Assembly: GCA_903902515.1 (NCBI GenBank)
Contig: CAIUVD010000253.1
Span: forward strand, 1 to 57,117
Source of the DNA: an uncultured Planctomycetota bacterium
Lineage (GTDB): Bacteria > Planctomycetota > UBA11346
Direction of reading: 5' to 3'
Length of the DNA: 57,117 nucleotides
Shown here: positions 1-9,609 of the stretch, piece after piece
How positions within the stretch are numbered: the stretch's first letter is position 1
Layout: the number at the start of each line of letters is the position of its first letter
Program-made: the position numbers and the translations under genes
Notes under the pieces: generated by a model
Databases searched by the model: none
Seen by the model: the letters and a program-made list of their open reading frames with translations, nothing else
What the model was told of the DNA's origin: nothing

Positions 1-67
1 AAATGTTGTATGTTTTTTATAGAACTCAATTTGTTTTTGGTAGTTAGAGTGATTGTTGCTATTTGGG

Positions 68-709
68 TCAATACCTAAATAAAACTTTGTTGTTTCCCCC
101 GACAAATGTTACAGACATTCTGGAACGATGACGTACTTCCAGATCACCGATTGGCGGATTTACCCCAGTCCAAAACTCAGAAGAATCTGCCAGATACCCT
201 CTGGTATTCGGCTTAGAAACCTTCGATAACTTGAATTCGACGAAATTTTCACTCCCCATAGAGCCGCCAATTCGATTATGCAGGAGGTTTGAAACTCCAC
301 CATTCCCATAGGCCAAAAATGCGTTGATGCCAAATGAGTACGCCGGCGCACTTGAAGGATCATATGTAAATTCTGGACAGCCACCAATAACAGTCTTAGA
401 CATTGGAATGTTCGGAGCCAAACTAAGATAATCACCGATTAATGAAAACCAGTAGATATTTGATACTCGTGTAGCTGGGAGCCCGCCCCGGCTATCAAGT
501 GCATACGCATGACAGGAAAGAACCACTTGCCTTTGACTTCCAATGCATTGGGTGAATTTCGCTCCGGCTCGAATTGCCTCAATGGTTGGAAGAAGCAATC
601 CAACAAGCACAGCCACTATCACCATGACGATCAAGATTTCAATGATGGTAAATGCGCCGCGTGAATCCCGTTTAAACAAAGATTTTTGAGTGGTTTTTTC
701 GTTTTTCAT
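68..709 (-). CDS. Prepilin-type N-terminal cleavage/methylation domain protein (H-X9-DG family, motif degenerate)
   Basis: RGA|FTIIEILIVMVIVAVLVGLLLP type IV prepilin-like N-terminus, then CxxxQRQ, GLP and GCP motifs. The C-terminal H-RSRMSVTFV-GG has GG where the family has DG. Start taken at ATG 709; the ORF track starts at 760. Confidence 0.85.
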   Translation of the reverse strand: MKNEKTTQKSLFKRDSRGAFTIIEILIVMVIVAVLVGLLLPTIEAIRAGAKFTQCIGSQRQVVLSCHAYALDSRGGLPATRVSNIYWFSLIGDYLSLAPNIPMSKTVIGGCPEFTYDPSSAPAYSFGINAFLAYGNGGVSNLLHNRIGGSMGSENFVEFKLSKVSKPNTRGYLADSSEFWTGVNPPIGDLEVRHRSRMSVTFVGGNNKVLFRY

Positions 710-856
710 TGAAGTTATCCATGGCCATGATGAACGAATTGACATTAACACCGCATCCAAAGGTAATGCGATTGCCTAATGGTTATTCTGACGATTTCGC
801 CATCCCCGTACCCATGCGATGATGAATCATCTACGACGCCTACATTATCGAATCCG

Positions 857-3800
857 TCATTGAGATTTTCTACGTCGAAACCCTATGAATACGCCGGTCA
901 ATATCATAGCTAGACCAACCCCAGAACCGCAGCCTCCTCCACCATCGGCCAACAGTCGACCATCAGAGTCCGCCACCTGGTCGCTGATAGTTAAATCAAC
1001 GGAAGCACCGCGCATTTCGCCCGTTACATCAATTCGTATAGACTCGTCTTCCTCGTGAATTCCATCGTTTACGACCGCAACAATGAACGATATCGAAGAC
1101 ATTTCACTTTCGGAATCGGGAAGCGTCACAGATACAGGAAGCCCCGAGTAGTCATCACCCGCTGTGGCAGTACCACTCGCCGAGATCTTATAGGTGGTTT
1201 TTTTCGGCCCAGTAACGGTGACCACCGCCGTTGAAGACGGCTCATTCAAGCTACGAATCGAGGTCGTCACCGATACGCCCATTTCATCATCAAGTATTCC
1301 TACCTCACCGGAACTTTGGGCTCCCAGTGCGTAACCCTCACCGATCGTCAACATCACCGTTACAATTTCCGAACCTTCACGGAGCCGATCATCAACAGGA
1401 ATGACCCGCAGTCGGGCCACGTGATCCAGCCCGCTCTCCTTGGCAGGAATTGAGAATGTCAGAACACCCGACGTAGCGACGGCCGGGGTTACCTCACCGC
1501 CAGCAACGACTTCCAAGATGTAATCAACCTCAAAAGTAGCAGTCCCCGCCACCGCCATAGCCACCACGATGGGCCTCTTTATCACCCTATCACTCCCGAT
1601 CACCAACTCGCCCCCACCGGCCGAAACGGAATCTTCGTCAATGGTAAATGACGATGATGTAAATTGCAACGTCGGTTCATCATCGTGTATACTCACGGTA
1701 CCTGAGGTGGTGCCACCCACGACATAACCTGCGCCGGCCATGAGGATCACCGTCACGGACTCTTCCCCTTCGCCAAGAAGATCGTCGATAGGCGTTACCA
1801 TGAGCTTCACCTCCTTACTCGTCACCGAGGGGGGGAACACCAATGCACCGACCCCCAAGGGCGCTATAAACGAGGCCCTCATGCCATCGATTTCCGTCGT
1901 CAAGACGTAGTCGACATCTAAGGTCGCAGACCCCTCTACTCGAAGAGCAACCGTCACAGGTTGTGTTAGGAAATGATCACTCACGACAGCCAGCTCGCCC
2001 ACCTTTGGAGATAACGGATCCTCAGAAGCAATGGCCCGGGAGGATATCAAGCTCAACGTTGGCTCATCATCGTGAATCGTCACGGTGCCCGAGTCCGCCG
2101 ACCCGATCATGTAACCCGTTCCAGCAGCCAAGGTCACTTGAACAACTTCTTCCCCTTCAGCGATGTCATCATTGAGAGCGGTCACCAGAAGCCGAACCTT
2201 TTGGCTCGTCGCTGACTCGGGAATCTCCAACGAACCCACCCCACGAGATGTGACAACTGGTGATGTCACACCACCCACCTCCACGCTCAAGATATAGTCG
2301 ACATCTATGGTAGCAGTACCCGCCACCATGACGTTGAGGATTAAGGATTCCTTAACGGCCGTGCCGATACCAATCATCAACTCACCCAAAGAGGAGGTTA
2401 CGGGCGCCTCCGACACGGCGGACGTGGGCGAAAGGAAGCTGATCGTCGGCTCGCTGTCCTCTTGAATGGTCACCGTACCGGAATTCAAGGGGCCAACCGT
2501 ATAACCTTCACCAGAATTTAGGGTCACCGTCATGAATTCGTGAGGCTCCGCTATCGCATCGTGGATGGGCGTTAATCGAAGCACCGCGAGCCGACTTAAC
2601 TGAGTAACGGTGGGGGGTATCACCAGCGAACCCGTGCCTGACGTTATGAGGACGGATGATGACGCCCCACCCACAATGACACTCAAAGCGTAATCGGTGT
2701 CGACACTGGCAGTGCCCCCGACCAAGAAATTGATGGTCGTAGCATGTTTTATGGCACCGGCACTGCCGATAATTAATTCACCAACCATCGGACTTACCGG
2801 ACTCTCTGACGCAATGGCCGCGGACGAAGTAAAACTTAGGGTCGGCTCATTATCTTGAATGGTCACCGTTCCGATTTTTCTTGGCCCGATGGCATAGCCT
2901 ACACCAGCAACCAATGCCACTCTGACCTCTTCCGAGGGTTCACCCACGGCATCATCAATGGGAACCACCACGAGCCTGACCTCCTGGGCTGTTGCCGATG
3001 CAGGGATGCTGAGGGAACCGGAACCCGATCTGACCGTAACCAAGGAGCTCACCCCACCCACAACCATTTTTAACTGATAATCCGCATCTATGCCTGCACT
3101 GCCCGAAACTGTGAAATTCAGTGTCACGGGCCTCTTCACAGGGGTATTGCTGCCAATGATCAACTCGCCAACCCTTGGTGGATCCGAATCTTCAGAGACC
3201 ATGGAGGAGGAGGATTTGAATCCGAGGATCAATTCATTATCTTCAATGGTAATCTCCCCCGAACTCGTGGCCCCCCTCCAATAACCAACACCCGCATTCA
3301 GGGACAACAGCACGGACTCATCCGACTCTATTTCGGTATCATCAAGGGGCGTTACCTGCAACACGGCAAGCCGATTCAATTGCACAGCGGTGGCAGGAAT
3401 GACAAAAGAACCAACTCCCGAGGCGATGACAACCGACAACGTTTCGCGTCCCGTGATCACTCTCAGGAGATAATCAGCGCCAGGAACCGCAGTGCCTGAC
3501 ACCGCAACATGGACCGTCATTGGCCTCTTGATCGCCATGTTACTGCCAATGATCACCTCACCAATCCTGGGCGACGTCGGATCTTCAGATGCCGTGGACG
3601 ACGATGAGGTAAAATTCAGGACCGGCTCATCATCCTGAATGTTGACTGTCCCAGAACTCTCACCACCCAAGCCATAGCCAGTTCCTGTCATCAAGGTAAC
3701 CGTAACGGTTTCCTGACCCTCACCGATGGAATCATCATTCGGCACAACGAGGATTTTTGCAACCTGGTTCGTGGCCGAGGCAGGGATAACGAACGACCCC

Positions 3801-6364
3801 ACACCTGATGCGATGGCCAGCGTGGAAGTCACCCCACCCGTAACGACTTTGATTGCATAATCCATACCTGTCGTTGCCGTACCCGCCAACGAGACTCGCA
3901 CCGTAAGAGGAGACCTTAAAAAGATGCTGCTTCGAACGGCTAGCTCTCCCATAGCAGAGGGCGCCGGACCCTCCTTTGCCGTGCCCGATGACACCGCCAG
4001 GGAAAGAACGGGTTCATTGTCGGCAATTAAACCCGTCGCCGTAGAACGTGTGCTGTCGAGCACATATACGGCAAAGTCAGTATCCTTGATTCCGAGCACC
4101 ATGGATTCTGATGGCTCTACCACTCCATCGTCCATCGGCGAAACACGAAAGATAACCTCATTTTTATTAGCCGGAATGATCACCTGCGTAGGCGGAACAC
4201 CATAATCCGCCCCAACCGTTGCCGTACCCCCATCGATCTTCAGCTGGACCACAATGGCTCGATCCAGAGGACGACCATCGGGTCCATTATCGTAAGCGAC
4301 TTTAAAGACAATCGGGGCACCAGATTCACTCCCATCAGACACCTTGGCAATTCTTATGGCAGGCTTCACCTTGGGAGGAATCGGATACAGTAAGTTGTCG
4401 ATGTGGTTCGCGCCGCTCACGCGAAGGCGAGCATAGTCGATCACCTTCGGATCTTTGGTGATACTCGCCAGCATCGTCAATGCATCTCTCACATCCGATG
4501 GAACCGGACTAAAATCACCATTATACGGCCAGGGATTACCGTCAATGAACGGCATGAACCACTCGACCGCAACTTGAAGCGATCGACCATCGTCAAGCTT
4601 TAACTTATAAAGATCATCACCGTTGACACGCGCCAAAATCATCATTTGAACCATTGCATTAATGGTAAATGATGCGTATCCAGCTCCATCCGGTCGATCC
4701 AACTCTCTTGGCAAACGACCATCTGGTTGAATCTGCTTGCCAATACGCTCATTAATAAATCGGCTGATTATATCCCGCCTTTCTTCCATATCACCAACAT
4801 AGGCCGCGCCTGCAAATGCCTGCAAATCAAAAAGAACTCCGTGATTGTTATCGGCATTTTTTTCCTGGATGCCAAAATCGCTCGTATTCAGCCACTCAAG
4901 GTAGGATCTGAACCAAACACGCAAACCGATACGATCCTTCAGTGGAATACAGTTTTCTCGTTCAAGGAGAGCAACGGCACTCAACATAGACACAAAACCA
5001 CGAGCATCGATGATTCCGTAACGACTGCCACTGCCCTGCGTTCTACTATTCGGGATAAACTGGGCGTGCTGTAAATGCGGATTCATTCTCGTCGCGGGGT
5101 CGTTGAACCAAACGCGCAACTGCTTTACGGCAGCTTCCGCATATTTTGATTCACCGCCAAACCACCAGGCCATGACAAAGGTTTCGATCCGATCGGTCAT
5201 TTTCTTTAAACGTGGATAATCCGATTGATTGATCATAAACGTGTTTTGATCTCCATCACGATTCACCCACGCTTTTTCCGCATCGGAAGCTTGGGGCGGA
5301 TCTGATATGAATGGCCACGAGTATGTCGCAATACTCACATAGTTATGGGGATCTGCGCTGGGCGAAGGAACGTGGACGCCACCAGGTGTCATAAATCGAG
5401 ACTTGTGGGTAACGGCCACATCAGGTTCACTCAAGGCACTTGCGGCTTTTGCCAACAGGGCCCTGAGCGCCAGATCCGCTTCACCTTCAGTGCGGGTGCG
5501 AGTCCTCGTTGCCACGAGGGTGGTCAAGTCCCACGCCGCAACGGGTGCGACATTGAGCCTTACCATTTTTTCAGCAAACCGCTCACCTAGTTTTCGGGCG
5601 GAAATCGCATCGAAATGTACATCATCGGTATCAACTTTTCCGAAGCCACTTGAAGAAACCACCTCATAGTTTCTTATGCTTCCTACCATTCCTTGGAGAA
5701 CGGCATTAAAATTATTCGTCGGTATTTTCTGGAAATTAATGAACCATGCCAACTCACCCGCAATAACGGGAACCGAGGGGCTATCTAGATCATTTCTTAA
5801 TCTCGCAACAAGCTCAGTAAACTTGGCCGCATAGTCGACGGGCGTACCCCGATCTGTCTCTCCCTGATGCCAAAGAATGCCCTTTAAGACACCGCGCTTA
5901 AGCGCTTCCTTAGCACGCACCATCGCATCATCATAGGGACGCGTTCTGCCGGAGGCACCCACGAGTGGATGTGTTTTTCCTGGCTCCCAACTCAGTATCG
6001 AAGAACCACCGACAGCACACGGAATGAGTCCAATGCGAATCCCTGGATCTGCGTCAGCCAGAAGCTTTCCAAAGGTGAGCCCTGGCCCTACCCCAGCTTC
6101 TGGACGATCAAAATGCAGCGGATCCTTGGCAAGCACCCATTCTTGCGCTTTGGAAAACATGAAAACTCGTGGGTGTGTTGTTGTGCTTTCGGCATCAAGA
6201 ACACCACGTCCCGACATATTGGACTGACCAAGCAAGAGATAGAGATGGAATTGAGGATCCACATCCTCCCCATGAGCCCATCCCTGGTGGAAAATTATTA
6301 GGGCCATTAGAGAGAAAACGAATCTTGATGTAATCTTGATAGCGCGATTGGCCAACGACGACAT
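857..6364 (-). CDS. Secreted multidomain enzyme: SGNH/SASA (CE6-like) acetylesterase + alginate-lyase-family (PL5/PL38-like) domain + about 9 Calx-beta-like repeats + CGxG C-terminal sorting signal
   Basis: Signal peptide; SGNH motifs GQSNM, GILWHQGE and DDVHF; lyase motifs HNYVSIATYSWP, RDG, MNPHLQHAQ, GIID and NNHG; repeats with D..EG.E...V.L..G.GY..G....G.V.I.DDE; tail GGGGCGSG-TM-RRRK. ATG 6364 follows AGGGGG. Confidence 0.88.
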   Translation of the reverse strand: MSSLANRAIKITSRFVFSLMALIIFHQGWAHGEDVDPQFHLYLLLGQSNMSGRGVLDAESTTTHPRVFMFSKAQEWVLAKDPLHFDRPEAGVGPGLTFGKLLADADPGIRIGLIPCAVGGSSILSWEPGKTHPLVGASGRTRPYDDAMVRAKEALKRGVLKGILWHQGETDRGTPVDYAAKFTELVARLRNDLDSPSVPVIAGELAWFINFQKIPTNNFNAVLQGMVGSIRNYEVVSSSGFGKVDTDDVHFDAISARKLGERFAEKMVRLNVAPVAAWDLTTLVATRTRTRTEGEADLALRALLAKAASALSEPDVAVTHKSRFMTPGGVHVPSPSADPHNYVSIATYSWPFISDPPQASDAEKAWVNRDGDQNTFMINQSDYPRLKKMTDRIETFVMAWWFGGESKYAEAAVKQLRVWFNDPATRMNPHLQHAQFIPNSRTQGSGSRYGIIDARGFVSMLSAVALLERENCIPLKDRIGLRVWFRSYLEWLNTSDFGIQEKNADNNHGVLFDLQAFAGAAYVGDMEERRDIISRFINERIGKQIQPDGRLPRELDRPDGAGYASFTINAMVQMMILARVNGDDLYKLKLDDGRSLQVAVEWFMPFIDGNPWPYNGDFSPVPSDVRDALTMLASITKDPKVIDYARLRVSGANHIDNLLYPIPPKVKPAIRIAKVSDGSESGAPIVFKVAYDNGPDGRPLDRAIVVQLKIDGGTATVGADYGVPPTQVIIPANKNEVIFRVSPMDDGVVEPSESMVLGIKDTDFAVYVLDSTRSTATGLIADNEPVLSLAVSSGTAKEGPAPSAMGELAVRSSIFLRSPLTVRVSLAGTATTGMDYAIKVVTGGVTSTLAIASGVGSFVIPASATNQVAKILVVPNDDSIGEGQETVTVTLMTGTGYGLGGESSGTVNIQDDEPVLNFTSSSSTASEDPTSPRIGEVIIGSNMAIKRPMTVHVAVSGTAVPGADYLLRVITGRETLSVVIASGVGSFVIPATAVQLNRLAVLQVTPLDDTEIESDESVLLSLNAGVGYWRGATSSGEITIEDNELILGFKSSSSMVSEDSDPPRVGELIIGSNTPVKRPVTLNFTVSGSAGIDADYQLKMVVGGVSSLVTVRSGSGSLSIPASATAQEVRLVVVPIDDAVGEPSEEVRVALVAGVGYAIGPRKIGTVTIQDNEPTLSFTSSAAIASESPVSPMVGELIIGSAGAIKHATTINFLVGGTASVDTDYALSVIVGGASSSVLITSGTGSLVIPPTVTQLSRLAVLRLTPIHDAIAEPHEFMTVTLNSGEGYTVGPLNSGTVTIQEDSEPTISFLSPTSAVSEAPVTSSLGELMIGIGTAVKESLILNVMVAGTATIDVDYILSVEVGGVTSPVVTSRGVGSLEIPESATSQKVRLLVTALNDDIAEGEEVVQVTLAAGTGYMIGSADSGTVTIHDDEPTLSLISSRAIASEDPLSPKVGELAVVSDHFLTQPVTVALRVEGSATLDVDYVLTTEIDGMRASFIAPLGVGALVFPPSVTSKEVKLMVTPIDDLLGEGEESVTVILMAGAGYVVGGTTSGTVSIHDDEPTLQFTSSSFTIDEDSVSAGGGELVIGSDRVIKRPIVVAMAVAGTATFEVDYILEVVAGGEVTPAVATSGVLTFSIPAKESGLDHVARLRVIPVDDRLREGSEIVTVMLTIGEGYALGAQSSGEVGILDDEMGVSVTTSIRSLNEPSSTAVVTVTGPKKTTYKISASGTATAGDDYSGLPVSVTLPDSESEMSSISFIVAVVNDGIHEEDESIRIDVTGEMRGASVDLTISDQVADSDGRLLADGGGGCGSGVGLAMILTGVFIGFRRRKSQ
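975..4363 (-). repeat. About nine tandem Calx-beta-like protein repeats (about 130 aa each) within the large enzyme gene
   Basis: Units end in ADNE, QDDE, EDNE, QDNE, QEDSE, HDDE, HDDE, LDDE and ISDQ. Each contains a GTAT.G.DY-like motif. Confidence 0.85.
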
Positions 6365-6858
6365 AAAACCCCCTAGACTCAAAGAAAATGACCGAAATGA
6401 TCGGTTATTGGTTGTTTGATTTCGCCCGCGATGTCATCGGCTATTTATATTAACTTGAAATCCCATTTCCTAGTCATTTATAAGCAGGTCTATGCCATTA
6501 ATGACCATCTTCACATTGGAATTATTTTTGTTATCCTTAGATGATGTTGTGCCGTTTCCCTCTCTATAAGGTCATTTCCCAGACTCTTGTCGTAGTCTGG
6601 AACCCAGATCATTACGAATGACGCTTTTGAACGCCACGATGAGGATCTCAACCTCTTCGACTTCACGACCTGATATCATTCGCTGATGGCCATTTTCGAA
6701 CACCTGGAGCCCGAAAAAATCCAACGATGAACCATGAAGGGCTCTCATTTCCCTCGTATTCAAGCCGCCTGAGGGCGCCAAGCCCGCGCATCCCCCTTCG
6801 GTACATCGCCGCGATTATTTTTGCGGTAAAATACCCTGACCACTTATGGCATCAACCT

Positions 6859-7518
6859 ATGCACCATACCTCATTTAAATGCAAGCCACTGATCCACAAT
6901 GGCTTCACTCTCATCGAGCTCCTAGTGGTGATTTCCATCATCGCCGTCCTTGCAGGCCTATTGCTCCCGGGGGTCAACCTCGTCCGTGCCAATGCAAAGA
7001 CCTCCAAGTGTGCCAATGCACAGCGCCAGGTGGTGCTGGCGTGTTACGGGTACGCAAATGACCAAGCCGGTGGGCTTCCAGCAACCCGGGTAAACAACAT
7101 GTATTGGTATGAGCTGATTGAGGACTACCTCGAAGGAAAAAAGAGCAGCTACTACCAAGGAACCGTGATTCGTGGCTGTCCGGAATTCACCTTTGACCTT
7201 GCCGACACCACCGCCTTCTCCTACGGCACCAACACCTTCCTTGCCTACGGTGGCGGTGGCAACTCGAACAACCTTCACAACCGGATTGGCGGAAGCTTTG
7301 GAGCTCTCAACTTTACCGAATTCAATGCCGGCACAGTGACGAAGCAGACCTCACGCGTCTATTTCGCGGATACCGACGCTTTCTGGACCGGATCCTCTCC
7401 ACCGGTCACTGACCTGGAGGTACGGCACCGTGGTAAACTCGTGGTCACCTTTGTGGATGGCCATGGCGGTCGACAGACCCTCGCGGAGGCCACCGCAGGC
7501 GTCGTATCCCCTCCGTAA
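6859..7518 (+). CDS. Prepilin-type N-terminal cleavage/methylation domain protein with H-X9-DG motif
   Basis: NG|FTLIELLVVISIIAVLAGLLLP N-terminus and C-terminal H-RGKLVVTFV-DG. Clear paralog of 68..709. Start taken at ATG 6859. Confidence 0.92.
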   Translation: MHHTSFKCKPLIHNGFTLIELLVVISIIAVLAGLLLPGVNLVRANAKTSKCANAQRQVVLACYGYANDQAGGLPATRVNNMYWYELIEDYLEGKKSSYYQGTVIRGCPEFTFDLADTTAFSYGTNTFLAYGGGGNSNNLHNRIGGSFGALNFTEFNAGTVTKQTSRVYFADTDAFWTGSSPPVTDLEVRHRGKLVVTFVDGHGGRQTLAEATAGVVSPP

Positions 7519-7699
7519 GCAAATCTTATACGCATGCCCGTAGTTGCGCGATTGTGCTCCGATTTGCGGTCGATGCCTGACAGCTCCGGGGTGAAAATTT
7601 GGAAGCCTGCATCGAGGAGGCCATCAATGGACCTTGCATTTCTTCCTCGGTCTAGGCGTGTCCAATCGGTCGGCCGAAAACGGCTTAGACTCACCTCTC

Positions 7700-8120
7700 G
7701 CCACACCAATGCCGATCACTTTGCGGCTCGTGGCATTCTCCCTGGCGTAGACGTAAACCTCGGCCCGGACGACGTCCGGGGAACCTCCGGCAACCATTTT
7801 CCATGCCGTTATGTGAATTTTTTTCCTCCTTCTGGTGATGGTACCGTGACCCAAGCAGGCGTCAGCATCGCCCCTGAGCTTCTTCATCAGGAGGATCACC
7901 ATCGAACAGCGATGGCCCTTCAAGGATCTCTCACCCGAACCTCCGACCTTTGACGCCATCATGGCTGCCCGGCCACCACAAGAGCGCCAGTCCCCATGAG
8001 GTTCGGCTTCGGTCGCGACCCCACGAGCGAGCTGCCCGTGGTGTTCGTGGGGGCATCAACGGGATTAGGCCCAATGATGCTATTCACCGACCTGTCGAAC
8101 CCCGGAGTCGTCAATCCGCG
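7700..8120 (+). pseudogene. Possible decayed remnant of another prepilin/H-X9-DG paralog
   Basis: One frame reads RGILP ... (TGA 7951) ... HGCP-x9-FGFG ... VVFVG ... LSNP, matching the motif order of the neighbouring paralogs. No intact pilin N-terminus. Confidence 0.3.
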
Positions 8121-8147
8121 ACCCCGGGGCTCACCCATCCAACGACG

Positions 8148-8879
8148 TCAGGCGGTAGCTGCTGCGGGCCAGAACGAGCGCTCCAGGGCCTGGCGATCCT
8201 GAATCACGGCGGCAGCGATCTGCTGAGCCATGGGATCGGGGAATACTTCCAGGGTATTCTCCTGCAGGGCAGCGACGATGGCCTCCGCCACCACCGCGGG
8301 CGCGGTGGTGGGGAACGGGACCCCCTTCGCCATGTCCGTCTCAATGGGCCCGGGGTAGACGCCCAGCACTTGGGTGCCTTGGGAGTGGAGCTCCCGCCGC
8401 TGGGCGACGGTCAGGCTATGGAGGGCCGCCTTGGTGTCCGAGTAGACGGCACAAATCGGGAAATTGATGAGGCCGGCCACGGAGTTGACGTTGACCACTG
8501 CACCCTGGGCAAGGGAGGACGCATAGGCCCGCACCAGCCGCTTGGGGGCCAGGTAGTTGACGGCCCACATGGCCTCTCCTTCGCCCTCGCCCAGGGCGGT
8601 GTCGGCGGTGAACACCCCGGCATTGTTGATCAGGACATGGATCGGGCCCGTCTGCGCGGGCAGGGCGGCGATGGCGGTCGCATTGGTCAGATCGATGACC
8701 ACCTCGTCGATGCGGCCGGGGTGCTCGCCCTGCAAGGTAGCCAGTTGGCCCGGGGCACGAACCGTGGCCACCACCCGGTCAGCACCTGCCGCCAGCAAGG
8801 CGCGGATGGTCGCTTGGCCGATGCCGTTAGCTCGGCCGGCGCCGGTGAGAAGGATGGTACGGTGAGCGAGATTCGTCAT
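8148..8879 (-). CDS. Short-chain dehydrogenase/reductase (SDR)
   Basis: TGAGRANGIG, NNAG and catalytic YSDTK; AGGAG RBS before ATG 8879. Confidence 0.93.
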   Translation of the reverse strand: MTNLAHRTILLTGAGRANGIGQATIRALLAAGADRVVATVRAPGQLATLQGEHPGRIDEVVIDLTNATAIAALPAQTGPIHVLINNAGVFTADTALGEGEGEAMWAVNYLAPKRLVRAYASSLAQGAVVNVNSVAGLINFPICAVYSDTKAALHSLTVAQRRELHSQGTQVLGVYPGPIETDMAKGVPFPTTAPAVVAEAIVAALQENTLEVFPDPMAQQIAAAVIQDRQALERSFWPAAATA

Positions 8880-8918
8880 GTCGGACTCCTGCAGGGTGGC
8901 CGCGTGGGCCACGGGGTT

Positions 8919-8939
8919 GTTTATGACTGTTTAGTCAAT
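8919..8939. promoter_or_regulatory. Putative TetR operator upstream of the SDR gene
   Basis: GTTTATGACTGTTTAGTCAAT with inverted repeat TGACT-N4-AGTCA (8924-8937). Near-identical copy at 9551-9571. Confidence 0.75.
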
Positions 8940-8956
8940 AATTAATGCAGAAAAAA

Positions 8957-9535
8957 TCAGGGGGAGGGTCGCAGGCTCTGCACCACGTGGTCGATGGTCT
9001 GTTCGGCGGCGGCCTCTCCGGCTACCGCCGCCAACATGGCGGCGCCATTGCCCGTGGCCCACAACAAGTCCGCCGCCTGTTCCGGCGTCAGACCCGGGCG
9101 AAGGTCACCACGACTCGCCACCGTGGCACAGAGGGTTCGGAATCCTTGACGGACCCGCTGAACCGTGGCCTGGGCCACCTGGCGGCACTCCGCAGGCCCC
9201 TCGCTACCCGCCGCCACGGACGCCGCCAGGCACACGCGGCAGTCCACCGTGGCCATGAAGGCCCGAGCGCGGCGAAAGAAGCGCGGGACGCTGGCCAAAT
9301 CATCCCGGGGCGGCTGGATCTCGGCCAGCAACTGGTCCGACAGCTCCTGATACCGGGCGAGGGCCGCCTGGTACAGATCCGCCTTGTCACGGAACTGATG
9401 GTACAGGCTTTGCCGGCCAAGATCCGTGGCGGCCTCCAGGTGCTCAAGCGTAGTCCCCTCCAACCCATGGCGCCAAAACACGGGCAGAACCCGGTCGACG
9501 ATTTGCTCACGGGTGTATTTGGCGGGTCGGCCCAT
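8957..9535 (-). CDS. TetR/AcrR family transcriptional regulator
   Basis: MGRP...VFWRHGLEGTTLEHLEAATDLGRQSLYHQFRDKADLY is a TetR HTH. Confidence 0.93.
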   Translation of the reverse strand: MGRPAKYTREQIVDRVLPVFWRHGLEGTTLEHLEAATDLGRQSLYHQFRDKADLYQAALARYQELSDQLLAEIQPPRDDLASVPRFFRRARAFMATVDCRVCLAASVAAGSEGPAECRQVAQATVQRVRQGFRTLCATVASRGDLRPGLTPEQAADLLWATGNGAAMLAAVAGEAAAEQTIDHVVQSLRPSP

Positions 9536-9550
9536 GGACAGGAGCATGTC

Positions 9551-9571
9551 GTTTATGACTGTTTGGTCAAT
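9551..9571. promoter_or_regulatory. Putative TetR autoregulatory operator overlapping the promoter
   Basis: GTTTATGACTGTTTGGTCAAT differs by one base from 8919-8939. The minus strand reads TTGACC-16 nt-CATGCT-7 nt-ATG. Confidence 0.75.
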
Positions 9572-9609
9572 TACTTTTTCATGCCGCTGTTTTTAGGATC
9601 CTCACGCCC

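Noticed and set aside
68-7518. Pilin paralog pair as a diversity-generating retroelement TR/VR pair or an invertible cassette
   Set aside because: In the 3' portion I compared, differences are spread over all bases and are largely synonymous, not adenine-specific. No reverse transcriptase or recombinase is in the window.
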